DNA of 63,555 nucleotides, the filler included, from Lenisia limosa (taxonomy: Eukaryota > Protista > Breviatea), in the NCBI GenBank assembly GCA_001655205.1. It is 9 parts of 9 records of this genome, joined end to end, with 100 filler letters (N's around TTAATTAATTAA, not from the genome) between each part and the next. Parts side by side here need not be neighbours in the genome. Positions count along the whole stretch, not along the records: positions 52,196 to 60,800 come from LPNZ01009201.1; positions 60,901 to 63,555 come from LPNZ01008142.1; 7 more parts are not named here. One strand, written 5' to 3'. Each line of letters begins with the position of its first letter. Position 1 is the first letter of the stretch. The notes under the pieces are model-generated. The model was not told where the DNA came from. It did no database searches and saw nothing but the letters and a program-made list of their open reading frames with translations. Both the position numbers and the translations under genes were made by a program. Positions 52,196-63,555 of the stretch are shown one piece after another.

Positions 52196-53703
52196 CGCAC
52201 CTTCGAACCCCAGCCCAGAGGTATGTCGCCGCGTCAGGTCGCAGATCTAGCTGAATAATTCTTTTGTAAAGGCTCTATTCAAACTGGGATCATAGAGATC
52301 CGGCGGATATATATTTTCAACACATCGCTAAAAGATTTATTGAAACTAGTAGCCTGAGCTTTCTTTGTATGTGTATTCGTGTCACAAATCTGAATTTCAT
52401 GCATTCCTATCTTAATTCCTTCTGCAAATCACAGCCAGTTCCATTTATTGCTTCAGAGGAGGAACCCCAGCCCAAACCGGAGCCTGTCAAGCCCCAACCT
52501 AAGCCTCAACCGAAGCCCCAGGTTTGCGTCAGCATTAATTGTTTAAACTAATATAATATGTATATTAAATGGAAATAACCCAAGACGAAGCCGGGAACAA
52601 CTCACGCTTATAAGAAATATTGGATCATGGTAGTATTTTATTATAATATTTCATTCAAAAGATTGAGATCTTCTCTCATTTCCCGCGTTGATACTAATTG
52701 GTTCATGACTTTAGTGTCTGCTTTTTTTTTACCACTTTAGCCCCGCCCTGTCCCCCGCCAGCCTGAGCCAGAACCAGAACCGGAACCAGAGCAAGAGTGG
52801 GATGAGCCTGAACCCGAACCCGAATACCAGGAACCTGAACCCGAATACCAGGAACCTGAACCCGAATACCAGGAACCTGAACCCGAATACCAGGAACCGG
52901 AACCAGAATATCAGGAACCTGAGCCCGAAGCTGAAGCTGAAGCACCTGCTGAAGAAGGTTGGGGAAATCGGCTTCAATTAATTGCTTATTCCTCAAACGT
53001 TTTTTTTTTAGTTCTTCCCTACGGTCCGAAATAGACCGTTAAACTATCGATATTTATCGAGGATTTATCGAGATATTCAGTCTTTTTTTGGACCGTAGGG
53101 AAGCTCTGATGACCAACTATATTTGGCATGTGAACCACAAAATTCTCTTATTTCACTCCACCAATTTCTGACGCTGTAGGAGGACTCCCTGACCCTCTTG
53201 GCTACGCCCAGGCTGTAAGGGGTTCATTTCTATTTCCACATTGTTTCTCTTCGGCTTTGCCCAGACTCCCATTTTAATTCACCCCCCCCCCCTTAGGTTG
53301 AGGCATACGCTGGTGGTTCAGAAACCGAAATCAGCTTTGAGGTCGACCAAGTCGTGTGCGTCACCCAAGAGGTGGGGGGAGGACGTCCCTACAGTCNNNN
53401 NNNNNNNNNNNNNNNNNNNNNNNNNNNNNNNNNNNNNNNNNNNNNNNNNNNNNNNNNNNNNNNNNNNNNNNNNNNNNNNNNNNNNNNNNNNNNNNNNNNN
53501 NNNNNNNNNNNNNNNNNNNNNNNNNNNNNNNNNNNNNNNNNNNNNNNNNNNNNNNNNNNNNNNNNNNNNNNNNNNNNNNNNNNNNNNNNNNNNNNNNNNN
53601 NNNNNNNNNNNNNNNNNNNNNNNNNNNNNNNNNNNNNNNNNNNNNNACCACCGACCTTGGATGGTTTCCTTCGGACTACGTTGAGATCTACGCCAGACCT
53701 TAG
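52196..53703 (+). CDS. Abp1/drebrin-like (DBNL/cortactin-type) protein: Pro/Glu-rich linker plus C-terminal SH3 (5' end missing)
   Basis: EEEPQPKPEPVKPQPKPQ; PEPEYQE repeats; then GYAQA..., YAGGSETEISFEVDQVVCVTQE and GWFPSDYVEI near the stop, which match the SH3 consensus (ALYxY...ELSF...G.FPxxYV). Confidence 0.75.
52816..52926 (+). repeat. Coding 21-bp tandem repeat (EPEYQEP, about 5 units)
   Basis: gaacccgaataccaggaacct repeated in frame. Confidence 0.9.
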
Positions 53704-54685
53704 AACCTTCTTGTTCTTGGGGGTATATGTATTGTAGTTATGGGTTGCTTCCACGTGCTTAATATACAAGACATACATCACTTACTAATATACAATAACT
53801 TAATACCTACTAATAATACAGTGTGTCACAGCTTCTTCTTGATCACTCCACGGTTTTCCTTTTTTCGAGGTATCTAAAGAGTAAACAATCAAATACGTAA
53901 AAAAAAAGGGGGGGGGGGAGTAAAACGAAGGAAATTTCAATGGAGGAGTAAATGCAACAATGGATATCATATGCTGAAGCAGAGGCCAACTTTGGTTTCT
54001 TTGTCGTCCTTTCTCTTCACCCGACCAGGCTTCTCTGATGGCTGAAATGTCAGATTCCAATCACATGACGAGTCGGGACACAGAAGAGTTAGAAATAAAA
54101 CACAGTTCCGACATAGTAATCCCTAACAGAAAAAGAAAGGATACCCAGATGCATCAAAATTGCACTCCCACCCCCCACAGAATCTTTTGGTGGGGGAGAA
54201 GCTCCCAAGCCAGCCTGTTGGAGCATGTTGATGTCGCTCATAATCAAAGTGGTCTTCGAGTTCTGAAGCAATAAACAGTGACCGAATAAGTCTTGTCCGA
54301 TTTTCAACGTGATTTCCCAAGGAAAATCGGTCAAGGCTTAACTCGGTTACTGTATACTGTACGAGATCACAATACGATGTTTGTGATGTCAAAGCAAAAC
54401 AATTTCTCTGTTCTTAAGAAAATACCCTCATTCAAACGAGATCATGGAATTTCCAACAATTCTACCTGAATGTGTTTCTAACCTTACACAAGCAACTCTG
54501 CAAACGAATTTTGCACCTTCAAGATTCCTTAACCCCCCACCGCTTCCACCTCGCGCTGGAGATGCGAAATTGTGACGTCGGCACTGTATCGGGTTAAATA
54601 TTCGACCGTGTCACCGCGGCCCGGATGAAATCCGGAGGATTATCGAAGATTATTCAAGATTATCAAGGATTATCGGGATTATCTT

Positions 54686-57600
54686 TCAAAGACTGCTAAA
54701 AGGTCCTCTATTACATGATCGAAAAAGGGTTACTTTCAGCCTTACGTTTGCAAATGAGAAACTGCTTGCTCTGCCAGGTCCTTGTATTTCTGAGCCTAAA
54801 TGGTGATCAAGTAACAGAGCTGCAGATCTCGTCTGTTCCCACATGCCCACCCCCACCTCAGCCTGGGATGATTCCCTCATAGAATTGACCTCGTTCAATT
54901 CGCGTTCAAGTTCATCAAGGTGGGCCTGATTCGGTAAACAAATTGAAAAATGAGAAAAATGGAATCATTACTTTCCCTTCTATCCTAAAAATATTGAGGA
55001 ACACTACTAACAGGACATCCCACTTGGTTATGAAGGTCCCTTCGTTTAAGCTTCTGATTGAGGGAAGTCCTAAAATGTGAAATTATACAACGTTGCCTCG
55101 GGTATTGGAAGCAATTAAAAGAAAGCAGCTGTATCAACAAAAGGTGAACGTTTATCTGAAGGGGGGAAAATTCCTCCTAGTCCAACTTTTCTTTTTCCAA
55201 AACCTGGAGCAAGTTGATCAACTGATCTTCTCTGCTTGAGCTGTCTCCATCTGAACGATTAGGGCAAGATTGGGCGATTTCATGCATTTCCACCATATTA
55301 CTATCCCCACACACTTATGGGTTGCGCCTTTGGTGTAACGTTCAGATCAAGTTCCAATGAAAGTTCCTCCTCTTCAGGTTCTTCGTTGTTTTCAGGCTCA
55401 TGTTGACTGGATTGCACTACAAGTCAATAATTGGAATTTACGCGGTAGGCAAAAGGAACTAATTTAATTGTGCCTTGAAAACAACCAATAACACAAAAGC
55501 ACGTATCTGTATATGTTATGCTTCAATATCATTCTGTTTTAACCTGAGAAATAATGGTTTATCTGGAGCAAAACGCAAAAGCAATACACCCCCATACCTG
55601 GATGATTTGCAGTCATATTCATTTGAACTTCTTTAACTTTGGCTGTCATTGATGAAGACAGCTCCTTCTCCGCTTGGAACTGGGGAGGATATCATAAAAC
55701 AACCAAACCCAAACACTCTATTGATAAGTATGGCACACACTACGATTTTGAATAGTAATAACAGTAAAAAAAGAAACTATAATAAAACAAAGCCAGTTGA
55801 TTCAGCAGGACCAGAACAAAGGATATTTTCTGGTCTGATAGGATATTGGAGAACCCCCCCCCCCACATTATCATCATCAAGCGGAAGACCTTGCTGCACT
55901 CNNNNNNNNNNNNNNNNNNNNNNNNNNNNNNNNNNNNNNNNNNNNNNNNNNNNNNNNNNNNNNNNNNNNNNNNNNNNNNNNNNNNNNNNNNNNNNNNNNN
56001 NNNNNNNNNAAGGAAAGAGATTAATTAGCCCCCCCCCCCTCCAACCTGATTTGTGAGTTGCTGTACGAGGAGTTCTAGACTGCTCTTATTTGCCGACCAC
56101 ACCGACTCTGAAACGTCATTATCACTTCTCTGAAGGCTCCTAAAAGGTCCACAAAAGAAATACATTCGGGTCATAGCCCGATATGGCCTTGGCCTTTTTG
56201 ACCAAACCCCTTAACAAAGCCGGAATATATATGAATATATAATACTATTATCATATAATATCATATTACTATATGATATAGATATGATATACTATAGTGT
56301 AATATACTTGTAATTATGTAATAGTATATAATATATATTTGATAAATTTATCTAGGAATGTGTTCTTATTTTAAGACGAAGACAGCAATATTTATGGTGA
56401 TTTGTTTATGGTAGTTTCCCTAGATTTATAACATATCATATGATATGATATACTACATGATATAGTGAGGGTACATCATATAGTATATCATATGATATGA
56501 TATGATATGATATAAATCTACTATATATATTTTCTTGTCTTAAACAATACAACATCCACCCACCCTTTTCGATCCACTCCTGTTCGCGAGTATCACTGTA
56601 CTGCTTTTCGATCTGTGCGGCCCTGTCGAGCTCAAAACGCGCGCGCTCAGCATGCCACGCAGCACGCTCATTGGCAAACTCCGCTTCTTTGGCTCGGAGG
56701 CGCTCTGTCCAGTCTTCCCGGTCCTGGGCTGCCGATATTTCAAGCCCAGCGACCGCGTCAGATAGTTCGTCCACATGGCGCTTGAGACTTTCGGACCGTC
56801 GGCTCGCGGAGTCGGCAACTTCAGTCTCGGCTCGGAGCTTGGCTTCCGACCGCTTCCGAGATACTTCTGAGGCTGCTAGAGCNNNNNNNNNNNNNNNNNN
56901 NNNNNNNNNNNNNNNNNNNNNNNNNNNNNNNNNNNNNNNNNNNNNNNNNNNNNNNNNNNNNNNNNNNNNNNNNNNNNNNNNNGTTGGCTGACGACACACA
57001 AGGGGATAACAACAAAACAAACAAAGGCCAGGCCAGTCGCTTCAGCAGCACCGCATCCCATCACTCCAGAGTACAATAACTAAAACGGGTATACTTCAAT
57101 TACCGTTTTGTACCACAGTGAAAGAAGGCCGGTGTCATAACGATCTACGGAGCAGCAAAATGAACCGACGGGCGTATATAGTAATATATACCATGAACAA
57201 TAAGAGTGAAATGCTATAAAAACGCACAGTATCGTTTGTTAATACGTGTGAAATAATGTAGCCAGGTGAACAGAAGCCTGTGATGTGGCATAAGCGGGCA
57301 TCAAAACTAATACTCAGGACAAACAACTGGTTCCAGAAAACACAAAAATGAAAGAGTAAAAGAGTCAACAGAACGAGATATTGACATCATTAAATGAGAT
57401 CATATGATGAATCCTTGGGCCAAAAAGGCCCCCAGTCTTCAACACCGAATCAATGGAGGGAGTGGGGGTAAGAATTGCTGAGGATACTTGAGAAAAGTAA
57501 GCCTATGATATATATCTGGCGAACCCCCCTAGTATCCTCTGGCTCAAGCTTTGGAGTTTTAAAATACAACATAATTTTAAACTTAACGCATCGAATAACA

Positions 57601-59850
57601 ATTGGGCGTTCATCGAAAGCTTTAGGTTTGTCTTCCACACCTCTTCAACAGGCCTGATGATATAGCTCCAACTTCAATAGGACCCTCCTCTCCCTGAGTT
57701 TTCCCCAAACCTCATCGGACTTCCTCTCTACAGCTTTTTTCGCTTTTTCGTCCAGAGCCTGATGGACTTCTTTGTCAACCTAAGATGTAAAAAGAAGTGG
57801 TTTTATTCGTCCAAAGCCGCCAACACCTTGTTTATAAGGAATTTTTTGATGATTTTTGTTTCTCATTTCTACATAGTAGTATACATATATGTATCTGATA
57901 TTAGGTGAGTGCATATGACCGCAATATTTGTATATATAATGTATACAATGTTTATCATATATTACTACAGTAGACAGTAACCACCCCCCATCATACCTGC
58001 GAGTCCTGAACAACTTGGCTTAGACGGTTGCGGGCATCAGCTAGTTGGTCCGCTAAATCATCGGCCCTTTTGCGATGGTGCTGAAAGACAAATGAAGACA
58101 GGAAAGTAGTGAGCTTTCATAAATATAGTCAGAGTCCAGAACTGACAGAGAAAGACTTAATCAATAAGATAATACTCATTGTAAAAAGCAAGCCGCTGAA
58201 CTTTTGCGGTTTGAACCAGGGATGCCATTTGGTCCTCCATTTCCTTGAGGCGATCCTGCGTTGCACGCGACTGTTGCGACTCCGCCGCCGTCTTCGACAC
58301 CAATGCTGAAAATGGTTAAGCCCCCTGTCTTGCTGGATGCTTCAGTTTGATATAAAAGGAAAAGCGTCAAAAAGGATAAGAAGAAAGGGGTAAGAACAGG
58401 GTCAAAACACGAATTTTTGGTAACACTTTTCTCCAAGACTGCAAACTTTGAAATGAACATAAATTAGCATGAGTATATATAAAATATGATATCCATTGTG
58501 TAAATACTGCTGAAAATGCAAGATGTGGTTGTGTAAAAAAACGTTCTCTACGGATATATTACTAAGTATACATAATAAATAAATACTTGTCAAAGTCCAA
58601 GTATTTGTTTTCAAACCGTTCTCCGCTTGCAACCGCTTCTCTCTTTCATATGCAATTTCTTCGTCCATTGTTTCTTTGGCAACACTGCAGCAATTACATG
58701 TTGGTAATTAAAAAGGTATATAATTGTCCGTTATCAGTAGAGCGAATTATTAAATACTTATTGATTTAAGGATGTTCCTCGTGATTCACAAGGTTAAAGC
58801 CTTATTAGTCTGAATCTAATCACAAGAGGGCTACGACGTTGCCTGCATACATAAACATACATTTTATATTTCGGTCCAAAGAAGAGTAGATTCTTGATAA
58901 ATATCAAATAAAGTAGCCCCTACCCGGCATCCACCGCAGCTGGCCAGGTGTGATGTATTCGTGCCAACTCCACGCGAAGGTCACGAGCAACCATGCTCAG
59001 CTCCGGTGCTATGTCTGGTGGCACGGAGTCATCGTAGCTGATCAAGCTGGAGATGTTACGGTTGCAATACGTGAAACAAAGAGTGGCTTGAAAGTTCCCA
59101 CTCTGAACCACCAGCGGTTCACAGCTGAGCATGCGAAGCGCCGAGAAGTTAGTCAAGAGCTAGGAGGAATATATACATGTATATACATGTACTTTAGTAT
59201 ATACTGCTCCTAGTCCAGAGTGCAAAACCCCCTCCAGAATCAAACTCCCTCATTTAAGCAGGAGAGATGGAAATCTGTACATGCATTATTATTATACCTC
59301 TTCTACCCCCCCTGACACTAGGCTCTATGTTGAACCCAAATAAATATAAAGTGATGGTAGCAATAAGTGAAACAAAGAGTAGCTTAAAAGTGCCTGTCTC
59401 CCTCACCCCTCAAACCCCCCTCACGAATCAATTTTTTTTATTGTTCTTGTTCGTGTTCTTCTTCTTCTTGTTGTTCTTGTTCTTGTTCTTCTTGTTGTTC
59501 TTGTTCTTCTCTTCTCTTCTTGTCACCATCACCCTTGTCAAAAATTGTCATCCCCTCTTTATTAAAATGTTGCGTAAGCTGGAGTGATGGGATGCGGTGC
59601 TGCAGAAGCGACTGTCCTGGGCTTTGTTGTTTCAACCCTCGTGTGTTGTCAGCCAACAGAGTTGATTTTGGACTTCGTTTGTTTCATAGATTTTCCAATC
59701 CCCCTCCCCCCCTCTTACCACTCAGGCCGCACATTTCATTCGACACGTACCTGCTGGACTACAAGTCCATGGTAGTGGATCACCAGGCTTGCTTCAGAGT
59801 GGAGATGGTGAGCGAGGGGTCCAGAGTTGCCCTGTGCTCATGTTGATGGA
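54686..59850 (-). CDS. Large multi-exon coiled-coil protein (limits uncertain)
   Basis: Exons LAASEVSRKRSEAKLRAETEV...ERARFELDRAAQIEKQ, MDEEIAYEREKRLQAENGLK, VDKEVHQALDEKAKKAVERK and SSLISYDDSVPPDIAPELSMVARDLRVELARIH. Confidence 0.6.
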
Positions 59851-59926
59851 TATTTTATCATCCCAAAGAAAATATGTTTCCAAGAACCTGAGCTTTGTTT
59901 GTTCGTTTTTTTTTTGGCTCATAAAT

Positions 59927-60040
59927 TTCTCCCTTTTTTTATCCCCCTCAATCACAGTTTGATTCTCTCCCTTTTTTTATCCCCTCAATCACAGTTTGAT
60001 TCTCTCCCTTTTTTTATCCCCCTCAATCACAGTTTGATTC
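59927..60040. repeat. Tandem repeat of about 36 bp (3 units, into a gap)
   Basis: ctccctttttttatccccctcaatcacagtttgatt repeated. Confidence 0.8.
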
Positions 60041-60444
60041 NNNNNNNNNNACCCCAGCAGAGCCCGGTCTATTTCCAGCCATATCCGCCTCCATTTCTGA
60101 CAGGCGTCACAGTCGTGGTCCATGGCCTTGTTGTCTGCTGTCTGCTGCATTGTTAGCTCTAAAGCCTGAAATACTCCCACCCACTTTAACCTTGGATATA
60201 TATATATATACATATATTCCTCCAAGCATTAACCCCCCCCCCTCTCCACATTCAAGAATCATCCTCCATCTTTCCGCAATGTTACAATTTGATTACATAC
60301 CAGTTACATACAACGCAACACTTGGTCTGTCAAGATGAGACACAAGTTTGGGGATGTGTTGGCAACATGACAGATTAGATCTCGCGATCGGATTATCATT
60401 TTATTGATATTTTTCTTTTTGTTTTTTGGCCTCTTTTGCTGATA

Positions 60445-60790
60445 ATGGGATCTTCAGGCAAAAGTGGTAAGACAAAAGCGCCACCAATTGGCAATGCGAA
60501 GCCAAAAGGTAGGAAGCGCTTCATTTTCCTGGAATTTATGCCGTTGTAGAGGAATGGGCTGACGAAAAGAAGGCCAGCAAGTGCTTAAGATGCCGTGTTA
60601 AGTTCACTATGACTCGTCGCAAGCATCATTGTCGGATGTGTGGACTTGTGAGAGGGTTGTTGGCTCGCCCTGTACGCTATATAGTGGCACTTATTCTTTT
60701 CAGGTATTTTGCGACCAATGCAGCGGCTTCAAAGCATATTTCTCTGGACTTTCTGCACCTGAAAGAGTTTGCAAGTTTTTCTTACATCAG
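60445..60790 (+). CDS. FYVE zinc-finger protein, 5' part
   Basis: MGSSGKSGKTKAPPIGNAKPK|EWADEKKASKCLRCRVKFTMTRRKHHCRMCG|VFCDQCS...ERVC contains the FYVE signature WxxD...R(R/K)HHCR.CG. Confidence 0.88.
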
Positions 60791-63555
60791 AACTTTTTTT
60801 NNNNNNNNNNNNNNNNNNNNNNNNNNNNNNNNNNNNNNNNNNNNTTAATTAATTAANNNNNNNNNNNNNNNNNNNNNNNNNNNNNNNNNNNNNNNNNNNN
60901 TAACAACAAAACAAACAAAGCCCAGTCCAGTCGCTTCTGCAGTACCGGTGAAATGGAAAATTTATGAAACAAAAAAACTCTAAATCAACACTGTTGACAA
61001 GGATTTAACAAATTCGGGTTGAATAAAAAGTAAGCAAGTTATGGATAATGAAATGAAAATAATAAGGAGCAACTGGACGACGCCCTCCATCTCTCAGGAA
61101 TTTGAACAAATGTGTGTCGCCACTACCCCAGCCTCCCCACATCATGTATCAACTTAGAGTAGTAAGAGTCGTCATCCGAATAGATTGTCGGCATTCTAAA
61201 TTCATAAATACTAAAACAGCTACAATATACAGAGCAAAGAGTTTGAATCTGACCGCCCACACCATCACGCTAATAAGAGATATAGGATTGTAGTATAACA
61301 ATAGGGCTTCATTTCGGTTCGAAAAAAGACTGGATTTCTCGATAAATCCTCGAAAACTACCGATATATTACCTGTCTTTTTTCGAACCGCAGTGAAGCCC
61401 TAAGGGTGGTCGTCAAATTGTCTATATATAGTAGTATGAGTTTTGACCCTTGACCCCATACTCCCTTTACCCTAGCCGTCATGTACAAAAGTTGTCTATA
61501 TATTTGACTACCCCATTATGTACATAGTATATACATTTTATCTTAGTGGTCAAAATTTCAAATAAAAACTTTTAAAAAAACAAAAACAAAATATCCAACT
61601 GAAAGGAATAAGTGAAATAAATCTATGATTTCACCCCCTGACCCCATACCCTATACCCCATTATGTATATTATATTATATATTTGAGGGGCCTTAGGAAA
61701 ACTTATATTGATATGATATATTGATAAATATATAAATAAATATATTTGACGACTTATTAATTACTTCACTGATTGGTTGGAAGTTTTGCAACACTCATAC
61801 CAAAAATAACACCATAGAAGTGAGATAAATCAAATTTGTTTCAAAATTTTGTTGACAAGCCATACCTCCTTGTGTGATGTGGGATCCGTGGTGACCACTC
61901 TTTTGCAAGTTTTGTCTAACAATCAAGATTTAGAGTTATGAATTGCGAATCCCGAGGGAGCGGTGTTGTCCTACTCTCTAGTTGTAATAGCACCGCTGAT
62001 GGCAACACGAAATGGAGATCAAGGAGAAGCTGGACTGTGTGAAGGAGTGGAGAATCAGAATCAGTGGAAGTCCGGGGAATGGGGAATGAGTTATTTTCTG
62101 GAATTATTACTCGATATTATTTTATCGAAAAATTTCGATTTTTACCCTTTTGAAACCGCTTCTTTTTATAGACCAGTTAAAAGTGGCTTGGAATTTCCTT
62201 GTCTAGTTAAGTCTTGTATTATTATTTGTTCCCTATAAGCTCGGCAAACTACAAATTGGAGCTACCCTTTTTGCGGTACGGCGGTTTTATTGATATCATT
62301 GACACAAAAGGCTTCAATGCACCACATCTCCCATTCCAGTTGGTTTAAAATTTATAATACTTTCGATATATCAGCCATTCACCTTGCATTGTTGCTTATC
62401 CCTCTTATATTTATTGCTGTCTATACATGTTTGTTGCATTAATTGTTGTAGCCCAATCTCTTTCATTATTGTCCTAATGTGTCAAAAAAATATCTGAGTT
62501 ATTTCGTTGAGTGGATGAGCTGTTGGTCTCATATGTGTATGATTGGATTTTGCATTTTCTCGATTCATTTTTTCAATTGCCGTTGTTGTGCTTCAACTTT
62601 GAAGCAAATTTTCAACTTTCATGTTTCTTCACACTGTCTGCATTTTTTTCGTTTCTTTCCTTCACCGTCTCATATTCTTTATTGTTATTATTATTATTTT
62701 TTTTTTTTTTNNNNNNNNNNNNNNNNNNNNNNNNNNNNNNNNNNNNNNNNNNNNNNNNNNNNNNNNNNNNNNNNNNNNNNNNNNNNNNNNNNNNNNNNNN
62801 NNNNNNTTAAAAAACGTCTATCATATAATTATACACTGTCGCTTTTCTAACTTTGTCGTTTTCACAGATAAATCACCGACAAATATCAATATTTCACACA
62901 TATTTTGGCGCTGACTGTGAAACTCCTTTTTATTTACTATCTCAGGCAACAGCAACCCGCGCAACGCATAAATGGCGTCAATCGCTCTTGGGCTCGGTCT
63001 TGGCGCCTTGGTATGGGCGGATATATGTGTGTGAGAGAGAGAGGGAGAGAATGTGTGAATTTAGGTTGATTCTCTTCTCTTTTCACAAAAAAAAAAAGAC
63101 TGAATTCTCGATTAACCCTCGATATTTATTGCTTACTACCTTTTACCAATAGTTAGTCTTATTTCGCATACTTGAGGGTTTGAATTTGCTTTTGAGAGTA
63201 GGAATATCATATGTATACAAAAAAAAATACCAAGGGCAAAAGCCACTTTTCACTACATTTAGGGCTTCGGTCGAATGTGCTACAACGCCTTTATCAATGC
63301 CACCATGTGGGGAGGAGGGGGGTCAAATGAAGGAAATTTCGATGAATGTTGGCGTAAAGGCACCAATCACGAATCTGAAAGTTGAAAACATTATAATGTG
63401 ATAGAGGGGTGTGAAATTGTTTATTATGGGATGTGTATTTATAGTATTTGGCGAGGGGTGGTTCACATTCGGGAGGGGGGTAAAATGTGAGCGGTTTGGA
63501 GTGGTATTTATGGGGGTACCCTAGCAAGTGAAAGACTATGCTAATGATGAAAACA

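Noticed and set aside
52703-52996. Minus-strand ORFs with VQVPGIR or FRFLVFG repeats
   Set aside because: They are antisense readings of the coding EPEYQEP repeat.
29503-60790. Functional clustering of cathepsin, XDH, EGF array, SH3 and FYVE genes as a phagocytosis or adhesion locus
   Set aside because: These genes lie on different scaffolds joined artificially, so adjacency has no meaning.
62975-63345. MASIALGLGLGAL|GFGRMCYNAF as a Pam18/Tim14 N-terminus
   Set aside because: The resemblance is weak, and no J-domain (HPD) exon is visible before the window ends.

Overview
Eukaryotic, intron-dense, AT-rich genomic DNA, most plausibly from a free-living protist; the species cannot be identified from the sequence alone. 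The window is not one locus. Eight N-flanked TTAATTAATTAA linkers join nine draft scaffolds, so gene neighbourhoods only hold within a scaffold. The ORF track is fragmented by short GT-AG introns, and genes were rebuilt by joining exons by eye. Scaffold 1 (1-26135) carries the 5' end of a CWF19L1-like gene, a convergent pair of paralogous secreted proteins (signal peptide, short beta motif, collagen Gly-X-Y, Cys-rich module, C-terminal Hint autoprocessing domain), uncharacterised secreted/membrane genes and a HAMP-containing hybrid histidine kinase. Later scaffolds carry a decayed LINE RT, a two-domain tandem cathepsin B polyprotein, a xanthine dehydrogenase fragment, a WD40 gene, a long integrin-beta/tenascin-type EGF array, a multi-pass membrane protein, an Abp1/drebrin-like SH3 protein, a coiled-coil protein and a FYVE protein. 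Several interspersed MITE/SINE-like families also occur. The best candidate for an undescribed system is the collagen-Hint pair at 475-6036.
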